Positions 9,349-18,419 of a DNA stretch of 64,000 nt are shown here, in pieces; position 1 is the first letter of the stretch, and the number at the start of each line of letters is the position of its first letter. Location of the stretch: positions 832,001 through 896,000 of the forward strand of contig CAWJKZ010000014.1 in NCBI GenBank assembly GCA_963843575.1, written 5' to 3'. This stretch comes from an uncultured Acidobacteriota bacterium. Its GTDB lineage: Bacteria; Acidobacteriota; UBA6911. The notes under the pieces are model-generated. The model saw nothing but the letters and a program-made list of their open reading frames with translations. It had not been told where the DNA came from and did not search any database. The position numbers and the translations under genes were made by a program.

Positions 9349-10979
9349 ATCTGCAGGCGCATCGCCACCGGCATCCGGCGGCCGGTGCCGAAAGCACGGG
9401 TGGTCACCTTCAGTCCGGGCGCGGCCTGGCGGCGTTTGTACTCGTTGAGGTGGACCAGCCGGACGATAGATCGGACCGTGTCGCGGTCGTAACCTCGGCC
9501 GACGATCTCGTCGACGCTCATGTGCTCCTCGACTCGAAGCCGCAGGATCCCGTCGAGCAACTCGTACGGAGGCAGACTGTCCTGGTCGGTCTGGTCGGGC
9601 CGCAGTTCCGCCGTCGGCGCCCTGTGGATCGTGTTCTCCGGAATGATCGGCCCCTCACGGTTTATATAGGCCGCCAACTGGTAGACCACAGTCTTGGGCA
9701 CGTCGGAAATGACTGCCAGTCCGCCTGCCATGTCGCCGTACAGGGTGCAGTATCCTACGGCAAGCTCGGATTTGTTCCCGGTGCTGAGGACGAGGTGACC
9801 GAACTTGTTCGACAGGGCCATCAGGATGTTGCCGCGAATGCGGGCCTGCAGGTTTTCTTCGGCGGTGTCCTGAGCGAGGCCGGCGAAAGGCGGGGCGAGC
9901 AGCCGCAGGTATTCCGAGAAGACGGGGGTTATCGGGATCACCTGGAACCGGATGCCAAGAGCCGCGGCGAGGGAGCGGGCGTCGTCGAGGCTCTCGGGTG
10001 CCGAGTAGACCGAGGGCATGGAAACTCCGTGCACCCTGTCGGGACCCAGGGCGCGTGCGGCCACGCACGCGGTCACCGCCGAATCTATCCCGCCGCTCAG
10101 CCCGAGGACTACCGAGCCGAACCCGCACTTGCGCGCGTAGTCGCGCGTCCCGGTCACGAGCGCGTCCAACAGATCGCGCATCGGCTCCGCCTCGTCATAT
10201 CCGACGTCCCCCGCGGAGTCGGGGTCGACGACATACAAGCCCTCGGCGAAACTGCCTCCCCGGCAGAGTACGTTCCCGGTCCGTCCGAGGGCGAGGCTGT
10301 TGCCATCGAAGAGGATGTCGTCGTTGCCGCCGACCAGGTTCACATACAACAGGGGCACCGCGTGTTTGCGGACGTGCTCCGAGAGCATCCTGTAGCGGGC
10401 GGCGGGCTTGTGCATCTCGAAGGGGGAAGCCGAGAGATTGATCAGCAGGTCCGCGCCCTTTTCGACCTGAAAGCGAATCGGGTCGATCGGGTACATACGC
10501 TTCGGCCAGAAGTCCTCGGCGTTCCAGGCGTCCTCGCAGATCGATACCCCGATTGAACGCCCTCGGAACCGGACGAGGCTGTTGTCGAACCCCTCCTGAA
10601 AGTACCGGTCCTCGTCGAACACGTCATAGGTGGGTAGCAGCATCTTGTGGTACACGGACTGGACGCGGCCGTCGAAGGCGAACGCCGCTGCGTTGAAATA
10701 CTCTCGCCCCTGCCCGCTCCGGTTGCGGTCGACGAAGCCGACCAGCACCGCGATCTCGCCGGAGCGTCGGCCGATCTCTTCCAGCGCCGTCAGGTTGGCG
10801 TCAACGAAACCGTTCAGGGACAGCAGGTCGCGAGGAGGATATCCCGTCAGGCAGAGTTCCGGGAATACGACCAGGTCCGCACCGAGCCGGCGCGACCTGT
10901 CCATGCAGTCGAGCACACGGGCTTTGTTGCCGTCGAGGTCCCCGACGACCGTGTTGATCTGCGCCATCGCGATTTGCAT
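9345..10979 (-). CDS. nadE: Glutamine-dependent NAD+ synthetase
   Basis: N-terminal nitrilase domain (FPEL, YHK..LP.YDVFDE, SICED) and synthetase domain (GLSGGIDS, ENLQARIRG, TGNKSE, PTAEL, NEYKRRQ). Confidence 0.95.
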   Translation of the reverse strand: MQIAMAQINTVVGDLDGNKARVLDCMDRSRRLGADLVVFPELCLTGYPPRDLLSLNGFVDANLTALEEIGRRSGEIAVLVGFVDRNRSGQGREYFNAAAFAFDGRVQSVYHKMLLPTYDVFDEDRYFQEGFDNSLVRFRGRSIGVSICEDAWNAEDFWPKRMYPIDPIRFQVEKGADLLINLSASPFEMHKPAARYRMLSEHVRKHAVPLLYVNLVGGNDDILFDGNSLALGRTGNVLCRGGSFAEGLYVVDPDSAGDVGYDEAEPMRDLLDALVTGTRDYARKCGFGSVVLGLSGGIDSAVTACVAARALGPDRVHGVSMPSVYSAPESLDDARSLAAALGIRFQVIPITPVFSEYLRLLAPPFAGLAQDTAEENLQARIRGNILMALSNKFGHLVLSTGNKSELAVGYCTLYGDMAGGLAVISDVPKTVVYQLAAYINREGPIIPENTIHRAPTAELRPDQTDQDSLPPYELLDGILRLRVEEHMSVDEIVGRGYDRDTVRSIVRLVHLNEYKRRQAAPGLKVTTRAFGTGRRMPVAMRLQI

Positions 10980-11000
10980 CTGAGCCTCCGAGCCACCGGT

Positions 11001-12413
11001 TCAGTCACGGGGGAAACTGGCGTGCCAGGCGGTCGCCTGTTCGAAGCCCTGCGCGGCACGCAGGACCGTGGACTCCTCCATCGGCCGGCCGATCAGCTGC
11101 AGGCCCGCGGGAAGCCCGTCGGATGCGAAACCGCACGGGAGCGAGATGGCGGGAAAACCCGTGAGGTTTCCGGGACGGGTCAGACGGAGCAGTGCCAGCC
11201 GGACGTCTTCGGGGCCCTTCCCGGTGGAGACCTCTGTCGCCTCGATCGCCGGGGCGGTCACGGGTAGGGTCGGGGCTGCAAGCACGTCGACATGTTCCAG
11301 ACTCGTGAGAAACGCCCTCCGGTACTCCGCCCGGCGTCGTTGCGCGCGGAGATACGCCACCAGGGTCATCTCTTTGCAGGCTTCGAGCCTCGACCGCAGA
11401 TCGTCGCCGTATTCCGACGGCCGCTTCCCAAACCACTCCCAATGGTAGGCCAGCGCCTCGCCCACCGTGATGTCCCCGGCAAGCGTCGCGGTTTCGGGCA
11501 TCATCTTCAGGTTGACCTCGCGCAGCTCCCCGCCGGCACGCTCGATATCCGCGATGGCCGCAAGCGTCAAACGCCGGATCTCCGGCTGCAGCCGGTCGAA
11601 GAAGTACTGACGCGGCACCCCGATGCGCAGCCCTTTCAGTCCCATTGTCATTCCGCGAGTGAAGGACTCGCCCCGCGGTCCGAACGTGGCCGGGTCTCGC
11701 GGGTCGGCTCCGGCAATCGCTTCGAGCAGCAGGGCCGCGTCCCGGACACAGCGGGTGATCGGTCCCGAGTGATCCAGGCTCGAGGAGAGGGGAATAACAC
11801 CGTGGAGGGGAACACGTCCGTAGGTCGGCTTGAGCCCCACGCACCCGCAAGCCGCCGCAGGTATCCGGATGGAGCCGCCGGTGTCGGTCCCGAGCGACCC
11901 CACGCAGAGGCCGGCAGCGACGGCCGCGGCGCTTCCACCGCTAGACCCGCCCGGGACACGGCCGCGCGCCCAGGGGTTGCGGACGGGACCATAATGTGGG
12001 TTGACGCTTGTCGCTCCGAACGCGAATTCGTGCAGATTCGTCTTCCCCAGAAGGATCGCCCCGGCTTCGAGCAGCCGGTCCACTACGCACGCGTTCTCCG
12101 CCGGCTTGAACCGGCGCAGGATCAGGGACCCGGCGGTGGTCCTGATGCCACGGGTGTAGAAGAGATCCTTGAGGGACAGCGGGATGCCGTGGAGAGGGCC
12201 GCGGTATTGGCCTCGCCCAATTTCCCTCTCGGCCATCCTGGCCTGTTTCCGGGCGAGATCGGCCGTCACCGTGATGAAGGCGTTCAGCTCCGGCTGCCGC
12301 TTCTCGATGCGCGCGAGCAGAAAATCGGTGAGTTCGACCGGCGAGAGCTTGCGGCGTCGGATGAGCGGGTGCAGGCGTGCGATCGTCAGGTTGACATCGT
12401 TGGCAAGGTCCAT
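11001..12413 (-). CDS. Amidase-signature family amidase (GatA-like paralogue)
   Basis: GPLHGIPLSLKD, GKTNLHEFA, GGSSGGS, GTDTGGSIRIPA catalytic signature. Confidence 0.9.
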   Translation of the reverse strand: MDLANDVNLTIARLHPLIRRRKLSPVELTDFLLARIEKRQPELNAFITVTADLARKQARMAEREIGRGQYRGPLHGIPLSLKDLFYTRGIRTTAGSLILRRFKPAENACVVDRLLEAGAILLGKTNLHEFAFGATSVNPHYGPVRNPWARGRVPGGSSGGSAAAVAAGLCVGSLGTDTGGSIRIPAAACGCVGLKPTYGRVPLHGVIPLSSSLDHSGPITRCVRDAALLLEAIAGADPRDPATFGPRGESFTRGMTMGLKGLRIGVPRQYFFDRLQPEIRRLTLAAIADIERAGGELREVNLKMMPETATLAGDITVGEALAYHWEWFGKRPSEYGDDLRSRLEACKEMTLVAYLRAQRRRAEYRRAFLTSLEHVDVLAAPTLPVTAPAIEATEVSTGKGPEDVRLALLRLTRPGNLTGFPAISLPCGFASDGLPAGLQLIGRPMEESTVLRAAQGFEQATAWHASFPRD

Positions 12414-12562
12414 CGCCCCCTCTCCAGGTGTGACGGGGATAGGCCCAGGCGCGCGCCCGGGCCTCTTAACGTACCATGTCCGGAGGGCGATTGCATCCGC
12501 AGGGCGCGCCCGCCGCCGGGCGGATCGTCACCGGCGGCGGCGGTCCGGGCGCGTCCCTGGCG

Positions 12563-13663
12563 CTACAGCCTTTCGAGGTGTGGGTCCTCCTCTATTGCCG
12601 GTTTCGCTTCGACGCGGGAAAGCATCAGGGCGGCGATCATGGCCGCGATAAAAACGCCGGCGACGAGTGCCATGATGTAGGTGCGCAACCGCCGCACGGG
12701 ATGCAGCACCCCCGACACTTTTTCGCTCCCGACCACGATCCAGTTCAGGTGGGGATAGAGTTGCGGAAAGCTCCGCTGCGTCAAGCCGAAGACCGAGCCG
12801 GGAGGGTTCGTCGAGAGGAAATAGGATTTGGATTTGTCCCGGGCATTGAGGATGTCGAGCGTGGACGGATAAATGCTCTGGCGCAGGCTGCTGTACCCTG
12901 GCGCGGAGATCACGTCCCCGCGCGCGTGAATCAGGGCGACGGTCGCGCCGGGCCCGACCTCGATCGACCCGATCAGGGAATCGATTCCCTGCAGGCTCAT
13001 GGATACCCGGATCACGCCGATCACGCCGCCCTCGGGCTCGACAAACGGCTGGGCCACCTCCATCACGTACGACTTGGCCTGATCGTCATAGCGGGCATCG
13101 CCGATGTAGACCGAGCCCCGGAAACCGTCGCCATAGGTTTCCTTCCACCAGTCCTCGTGCGCCCGGTAGTATGCGGGACTCTTCGAAGTCGCGGCCACCA
13201 GGCGGCCCAGGAAATCCGTGACGAAGATGTCCCGGTAGTACTTGTTGACGGAGGTGTAGCGCCTCAGGAAACTCGAGCCGGGGCTCTCCATCACGGCTTT
13301 GACCACCGGGGCGCCGCGGTCGCCAGCCCGCCAGGCGGCCTCCATCCGAGGGATGGACTTGCGCACCTCGAACAGATTGCCGGCCAGGTCGAGGTTGCCC
13401 TTGACGACCGCCGCGCGCAGCACGTCCACCTCTGTGAGGCCCGCAACTGCTATGATTTGGTTCTGCAGATAGCCGTTGACCGAACTGAACGCGGTCTCCG
13501 CCATGTTGCTGAGGTTCGCCCCGGTTGCAGCGAGCTCGACGTCGGCGTGGCTCGCGAACAACCACCAGGTCCCGCACAGGATCGGGATGGCAGCAAGGAC
13601 GAGCAGGATGGAGAAAGTCCTGAAGTCGACCTTTACGGATTGCTGGTTGCGAGAGTTGTTCAT
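12563..13663 (-). CDS. Membrane-anchored Cache-like sensor-domain protein with no cytoplasmic output domain
   Basis: TM - extracytoplasmic region (DIFVTDFLGRLVAAT, YYRAHEDWWKETY, VYIGDARYD, VAQPFV..GGVIGVI, LNWIVV) - TM - tail of about 18 aa. ATG 13663 with GGAGG RBS. Confidence 0.7.
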   Translation of the reverse strand: MNNSRNQQSVKVDFRTFSILLVLAAIPILCGTWWLFASHADVELAATGANLSNMAETAFSSVNGYLQNQIIAVAGLTEVDVLRAAVVKGNLDLAGNLFEVRKSIPRMEAAWRAGDRGAPVVKAVMESPGSSFLRRYTSVNKYYRDIFVTDFLGRLVAATSKSPAYYRAHEDWWKETYGDGFRGSVYIGDARYDDQAKSYVMEVAQPFVEPEGGVIGVIRVSMSLQGIDSLIGSIEVGPGATVALIHARGDVISAPGYSSLRQSIYPSTLDILNARDKSKSYFLSTNPPGSVFGLTQRSFPQLYPHLNWIVVGSEKVSGVLHPVRRLRTYIMALVAGVFIAAMIAALMLSRVEAKPAIEEDPHLERL

Positions 13664-13801
13664 ATGTCCTCCCACGTGGGACGGAAGGCGGGGCGGGGGC
13701 GGGGCCATTCGTGGGAGGCACGCGATCGGGGAATGGCGGCGACCCACCCCAAGGTAAACACGTGCTTGATGGACCTATAATACACCCGGTGGGGGGAGAC
13801 G

Positions 13802-14521
13802 ATGGCAAAACACGCCGCACCCGCACGCGAGTTTCAGGCCCTGCAGGACCAGGTCACCCGGTGCCGGAGGTGCGCACGGCTGGTGGCGTGGCGCGAGCGG
13901 GTCGCCGCCGAGAGGGTGCGGCGGTTCCAGGACCAGCCGTACTGGGGCCGGCCCGTCCCGGCTTTCGGCTCGGCTGCCGCGGCGCTGCTGATCGTGGGCC
14001 TTGCCCCGGCCGCGCACGGCGGCAACCGGACCGGGCGCATGTTCACCGGCGACCGCAGCGGCGATTGGATGTTCGAGGCGCTCCACCGCTTCGGTTTCGC
14101 CACCCGGCCATGTTCGGTCGGCCGCGACGACGGACTCGAGCTGACCAACTGCCTCATTACCGCCGCCGTCCGGTGCGCCCCGCCGGACAACAAACCGCTC
14201 CCGGCCGAGATGGATGCGTGCCGCGGCTATCTGAGGGCCGAGCTGCGCATCATCCCACCGCCGCTCGTGGTCGTCGCGCTCGGGCAGATCGCCTTCCGCG
14301 CGTTCCTCAAGGCGTGGCACGAGTCGGGCAGACGGCGCCCGCAACCCTCTCCCCGCTTCGGCCACGGCCGAGAATTCCGCCTGGCTGAAGGCACCTTGCT
14401 CATTTCCTCCTACCACCCAAGCCAGCAGAACACGCAAACCGGAAGACTGACACGCGAGATGTTCCACGCGATCTTCGCGCGGGCCCGCGAGATCGTGAGC
14501 GGAATCGGCGTCGACCGATAA
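13802..14521 (+). CDS. Uracil-DNA glycosylase, family 5 (UdgB-type, Fe-S)
   Basis: CRRCARL, GLAPAAHGGNRTGRMFTGD, VRCAPP.NKP, YHPSQQNT.TG. Confidence 0.92.
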   Translation: MAKHAAPAREFQALQDQVTRCRRCARLVAWRERVAAERVRRFQDQPYWGRPVPAFGSAAAALLIVGLAPAAHGGNRTGRMFTGDRSGDWMFEALHRFGFATRPCSVGRDDGLELTNCLITAAVRCAPPDNKPLPAEMDACRGYLRAELRIIPPPLVVVALGQIAFRAFLKAWHESGRRRPQPSPRFGHGREFRLAEGTLLISSYHPSQQNTQTGRLTREMFHAIFARAREIVSGIGVDR

Positions 14522-14692
14522 GGCAGCCCCGGAGGCCCGTGGCTCCCCGCAGGCCGCTCCGGTCCCCGTCCGGGAATGCGTACCGCCGGTTGATTATTTC
14601 GCGGGATGTGGGCAGAATTGCAGGTTAGCCAAAACCCGAACACACTTTCGCCCCTTGTGATCCCGGGGCCGGACAGAGAGAGGCGGCAATCT

Positions 14693-15400
14693 ATGAACAG
14701 GAGTTGCTTCGGAGCGTTCGCGCTCGTGTGTCTAGTCCTGGCGTATCCTGCCACCGCGTCGGCGGACACCGGTTCCGTGGTCGGCAAGTGGCTGGCCCAC
14801 GCCGAGACGCCGCAGGGCCCCCTGGAACTGACCTTCGACTTCCGCATGGACGGAGACCGGATGGTCGGGACCGTGACCGTGCACGAGAGCGTGATGCCCG
14901 CCTCGGCCCTCAAATTCGAGGATCCGCAGCTTACGCTGCAGATAAATTTCCTGGGAGGCGACTACCGGATCGCGGGCGCCCTCAAGGACGACACGCTTGT
15001 CGGAGGCTGGGAGCAGATCGGGGGCGAGATGAAGGGCACCTGGAAAGCCGAGCGGGCCGCCGCCGAGAACAACACGGCTACCGCCCCCTCCGCACCCGGC
15101 GCCGCCGGCATCGAGGGGACGTGGAACTCCGTCGCCGCTTCCCCCGATGGTGAACTCCCATTCACCATCGAGTTGAAGCGGTCGGGCCCGGCCCTGGAGG
15201 GGAAAATCACCGCCGGAGCGGAGAGCGTCCCGCTCGAGAAGGTGACGTTCTCCGACGGCAAGCTGAGTTTCCAGGTCGAGTACGCCGGCGGCCTGTACCG
15301 CATCGAGGCCACGCTCGCGGGCGACAAACTCACCGGTAAGTGGTCGTCGATCGACGGCACCGACAGCGGCGCCTTTTCCGCCGACCGCGGCAGGCCTTGA
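14693..15400 (+). CDS. Secreted protein with two tandem ~95-aa beta-rich repeats
   Basis: Signal peptide; VVGKW...TPQGPLE...LVGGW...WKAER and IEGTW...SPDGELP...LTGKW...FSADR are homologous units joined by an Ala/Pro linker. Confidence 0.7.
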   Translation: MNRSCFGAFALVCLVLAYPATASADTGSVVGKWLAHAETPQGPLELTFDFRMDGDRMVGTVTVHESVMPASALKFEDPQLTLQINFLGGDYRIAGALKDDTLVGGWEQIGGEMKGTWKAERAAAENNTATAPSAPGAAGIEGTWNSVAASPDGELPFTIELKRSGPALEGKITAGAESVPLEKVTFSDGKLSFQVEYAGGLYRIEATLAGDKLTGKWSSIDGTDSGAFSADRGRP

Positions 15401-15417
15401 GGGAACGCCGGCGGCCC

Positions 15418-16302
15418 ATGCACGCAGGCCTGAGCGACGCAGTCGCGGAACCCATGACCCAGGAATCGAGGATACCGGCGCACCTGCTCGCCAAAATCGA
15501 GTTGTCCGAAGGGCTGGCCATTTTTCGCTTCGGTTTGCAGAGAGATTTTCACTTCAGGCCCGGCCAGTATGCAACATTGTGGTTGACCCATCGCGGGAAG
15601 ACGATTCCACGCCCGTACTCGATCGCGTCGTCCCCTGTGGAGACGCGGGTGCTCGAGTTCTACATCAACCTGGTGAGCGAGGGGCGCCTGACCCACTCCC
15701 TGTGGGACCCGGAGGTTCTGCAGGGCCTGGAGAACGGCGACCCGGGGACGGCAGCCGCCATCACCGGTCCCAAGGGTAAGTTCGTGCTCGATCCGGAGGA
15801 CCGGCGCGACCTGGTTTTCGTCGCCTCCGGCACCGGCCTGGCCCCGTTCATGAGCATGATCCGGAAGCTCAACGAGGATTTCCTGTCCGATCCGGAAGGC
15901 TTCAGCCCGCGCCGGGTCGTCGTGATCCATGGTGCCAGCCTCTCGAGCAATCTGGGCTACCACCAGGAACTCTCGGGACTCGCCTCGGAGAGCCTGCGGC
16001 ACCCGGGGCGCAAGCTCAGCCTGGTCTACCTGCCGACCATAAGCCGTCCGCACGTGGACGCGGCCTGGGCAGGCCTGAAGGGGCGCGCCGAAGCCCTGCT
16101 CGAGCCGCTGCCGCTGGTCGGCCCCCTGCCCCCCGGGCTGCAGGAGATCGTGCGCGGCCTGCTCGTGACGATGATGCTTCCTCAGACCCACGCGGTGTAC
16201 GCCTGCGGCCACCCCGGCACGATCGACAGCGTGCTGCGCACCCTCGGGGCGCGCGGCTTCAGGCCCGACATCGACGTCAAGCGCGAGAAATACTACTCTT
16301 GA
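15418..16302 (+). CDS. fpr: Ferredoxin/flavodoxin-NADP+ reductase
   Basis: FRPGQYATL, RPYSIAS, GRLT..L, ASGTGLAPFMS, YACGHP, C-terminal EKYY. Start could alternatively be 15454. Confidence 0.85.
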   Translation: MHAGLSDAVAEPMTQESRIPAHLLAKIELSEGLAIFRFGLQRDFHFRPGQYATLWLTHRGKTIPRPYSIASSPVETRVLEFYINLVSEGRLTHSLWDPEVLQGLENGDPGTAAAITGPKGKFVLDPEDRRDLVFVASGTGLAPFMSMIRKLNEDFLSDPEGFSPRRVVVIHGASLSSNLGYHQELSGLASESLRHPGRKLSLVYLPTISRPHVDAAWAGLKGRAEALLEPLPLVGPLPPGLQEIVRGLLVTMMLPQTHAVYACGHPGTIDSVLRTLGARGFRPDIDVKREKYYS

Positions 16303-16374
16303 AACAGGGACCGGGTTGGGATTCACTCCGGGTCCGGCCCCGGTCATATGGAAAGTTCCTGAACCGAGGTTGCC

Positions 16375-16956
16375 ATGAAAAGATCTCAGATCAATGCCGC
16401 CATCCGCTGCGCCGGTGAAGCCTTCCGGAAGGCGGGCTGGACGCTTCCCCCCAAGCCGCGCTGGGACGTCACCGATTTCGGGCTCGGCCGATTCCCGGAG
16501 CGCGGCCTCGTGCTCGTGAACCTGGCGGAAGAACCGGAGTACTGCGAGAAGCTGATGTTTGCCGCCCGGGGGCAGCGCACGCCGGCCCACAGCCACGGCA
16601 CCAAGAAGGAAGACATCATCGTGCGCAGCGGGGTGCTGCGCGTTCAGCTCTGGAACGGAGCGCCGGGCCGCGATGCCGGCGTGGTGGCGGTACGGGTCAA
16701 CGGCGAAGAACGGGAATTCCCGACCGGCAGCATCCTCGACCTGAGCGCAGGCGAGCGCGTCACCCTTCGGCCCGGCGTGTACCACGAGTTCTGGCCCTCG
16801 TCCGACGGTTGCGTCATCGGCGAGGTTTCCACCGCCAACGACGACGCGCACGACAACTACTTCGCGGACCCCGCCATCGGCCGCTTCCCCGCCGTCGACG
16901 AGGACGAACCCCCGCTGGCCAGGCTCGTCAGCGAGACGGGGTCCGGCTGCGGGTAG
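16375..16956 (+). CDS. D-lyxose/D-mannose ketol-isomerase family cupin
   Basis: MKRSQIN, WDVTDFG, YCEKL, PAHSH..KKEDII, L.PGVYHEF, GEVSTANDD..DNYF. Confidence 0.88.
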   Translation: MKRSQINAAIRCAGEAFRKAGWTLPPKPRWDVTDFGLGRFPERGLVLVNLAEEPEYCEKLMFAARGQRTPAHSHGTKKEDIIVRSGVLRVQLWNGAPGRDAGVVAVRVNGEEREFPTGSILDLSAGERVTLRPGVYHEFWPSSDGCVIGEVSTANDDAHDNYFADPAIGRFPAVDEDEPPLARLVSETGSGCG

Positions 16957-16968
16957 CTAATACTCACG

Positions 16969-17084
16969 TTCATAAATACGCTAACGATTCCAGGACGCGG
17001 ATTTGCGCTGATTCACGCGGATGTTGACTTGGTAACAGGCCGCGTTGCCAACCCCATCTCAGAAATACGTTAGCGTGTTATGAA
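16969..17084. repeat. Palindromic intergenic repeat (CGCGGAT family), copy 2
   Basis: Inverted ends TTCATAAATACGCTAACG (16969-16986) / CGTTAGCGTGTTATGAA (17068-17084). AATACGCTA..CAGGACGCGGATTTGCGC is shared with 40105-40141; TTGGTAACAGGCCG is the reverse complement of 35279-35292. Confidence 0.75.
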
Positions 17085-17087
17085 ATC

Positions 17088-17186
17088 TGCGCCGGGTGCC
17101 GTGCGGCATCCAGCCCCGCTGAGCTCTGCCAGCGTTCATCCGCGTCCAAAAGATTTGAGTCGCCTGCGCACTGTCTGAATCGCAGC
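17088..17186 (+). repeat. Right-end fragment of the MITE found at 56275-56655
   Basis: About 100 bp aligning with 56552-56655, ending in the identical GAGTCGCCTGCGCACTGTCTGAATCGCAGC. Confidence 0.85.
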
Positions 17187-17253
17187 GGTGGGTCCGTCTG
17201 TGTTTGCATTTGGCGGCTGCAGCCTGCATTATAGGGGGTTTCACGAGCCCGAT

Positions 17254-18417
17254 ATGCTGATCGCCGTCGATGAAGTCATCCCGTACGCCCAGGCTGCCCT
17301 TTCCCCCCTGGGCCGGCTGAGGGTGTATTCCGCCCCGAAGCTCCGCCACGGGGACGTCCGCGACGCGGATGCCCTGGTCGTCCGATCCGTGACGCGGGTC
17401 GACGCCGCACTTCTGGAGGGGAGCTCGGTCCGATTTGTCGGCACCGCGTCGATCGGGACAGACCACATCGATCTCCCCTACCTGCACACCCGTGGGATCC
17501 GCTTCGCCAACGCCGCCGGGAGCAACGCGAACTCCGTGGCGGAGTACGTCGTGGCGTCGCTGCTGGTCGTCGCCGCGCGCAGGAAATGGGAGCTCTCCAC
17601 GAAGTCGCTGGCGGTGATCGGGGTCGGCAACGTGGGGACGCGCGTCGCCGAGAAGGGGCGCGCCCTGGGGATGCGGGTGCTGCTGTGCGATCCGCCGCTG
17701 CGGGATTCCAGCGGCGACCCGCGCTTCGGCGCGCTGGACGACGTCCTCGGCGCGGACATCCTGACCATGCATGTCCCGCTGACCTCCGACGGGCCGTACC
17801 CAACCCGCGGCATGATCGGACGCGAGGTGCTACACCGCCTCCGCAAAGACCAGTTCGTCATGAACTCGGCGCGCGGTGCCGTCGTCGACGGCGGAGCACT
17901 CAAAGAGGTGCTCCACGCCGGGCGGATAGCCGGGGCGGCGCTCGACGTCTGGGAGAGGGAACCGCGCATCGACTACGAGTTGGTCGACCTGGTCGACCTC
18001 GCGACGCCCCATATCGCCGGTTATTCGCTGGATGGCAAGGTGCGCGGCACCGAGATGATGTTCGACGCATTATCCCGCTTCTTCGGCCTTTCCCTCCACT
18101 GGGGCACGGACGCCATCTATCCCCCCCAGCAGGCCATGGTCCCGGACGGAGGGCCGGGCGTCCAGGAGGCAACTGCATCGGTCGTGCTGCGGGCCTACGA
18201 CATCCTGAAGGACGACGCACGGCTCCGTGCCGCCCGTGGCGCCCCTCCCGACGCGGCCGCGCAGACGTTCGACGACCTGCGCAACCACTACGACTATCGC
18301 CCCGAATTCCGGCATTTCATCGTGACGGTGCCGGTCCACGACGGGCCGCTCGCCCGCATTCTCCGCGGCCTGGGATTCGGGACCGTGTCCCCGGCGCCTG
18401 CAGTGGAGGTACCCTAG
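17254..18417 (+). CDS. pdxB: Erythronate-4-phosphate dehydrogenase-like D-2-hydroxyacid dehydrogenase
   Basis: DALVVRSVTRV, FVGTASIGTDH, GSNANSVAEYV, GVGNVG, LCDPP, HVPLT, NSARG, LDVWEREP, TPHIAGYS.DGK.RGT, plus PdxB-type C-terminal FDDLR.HY..RPEF. Confidence 0.85.
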   Translation: MLIAVDEVIPYAQAALSPLGRLRVYSAPKLRHGDVRDADALVVRSVTRVDAALLEGSSVRFVGTASIGTDHIDLPYLHTRGIRFANAAGSNANSVAEYVVASLLVVAARRKWELSTKSLAVIGVGNVGTRVAEKGRALGMRVLLCDPPLRDSSGDPRFGALDDVLGADILTMHVPLTSDGPYPTRGMIGREVLHRLRKDQFVMNSARGAVVDGGALKEVLHAGRIAGAALDVWEREPRIDYELVDLVDLATPHIAGYSLDGKVRGTEMMFDALSRFFGLSLHWGTDAIYPPQQAMVPDGGPGVQEATASVVLRAYDILKDDARLRAARGAPPDAAAQTFDDLRNHYDYRPEFRHFIVTVPVHDGPLARILRGLGFGTVSPAPAVEVP

Positions 18418-18419
18418 GC

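Noticed and set aside
17586-18419. N-terminal 280 aa of the 670-aa ORF, suggesting an HpnI fusion
   Set aside because: This is an alternative frame of pdxB; the real hpnI start is ATG 18420.
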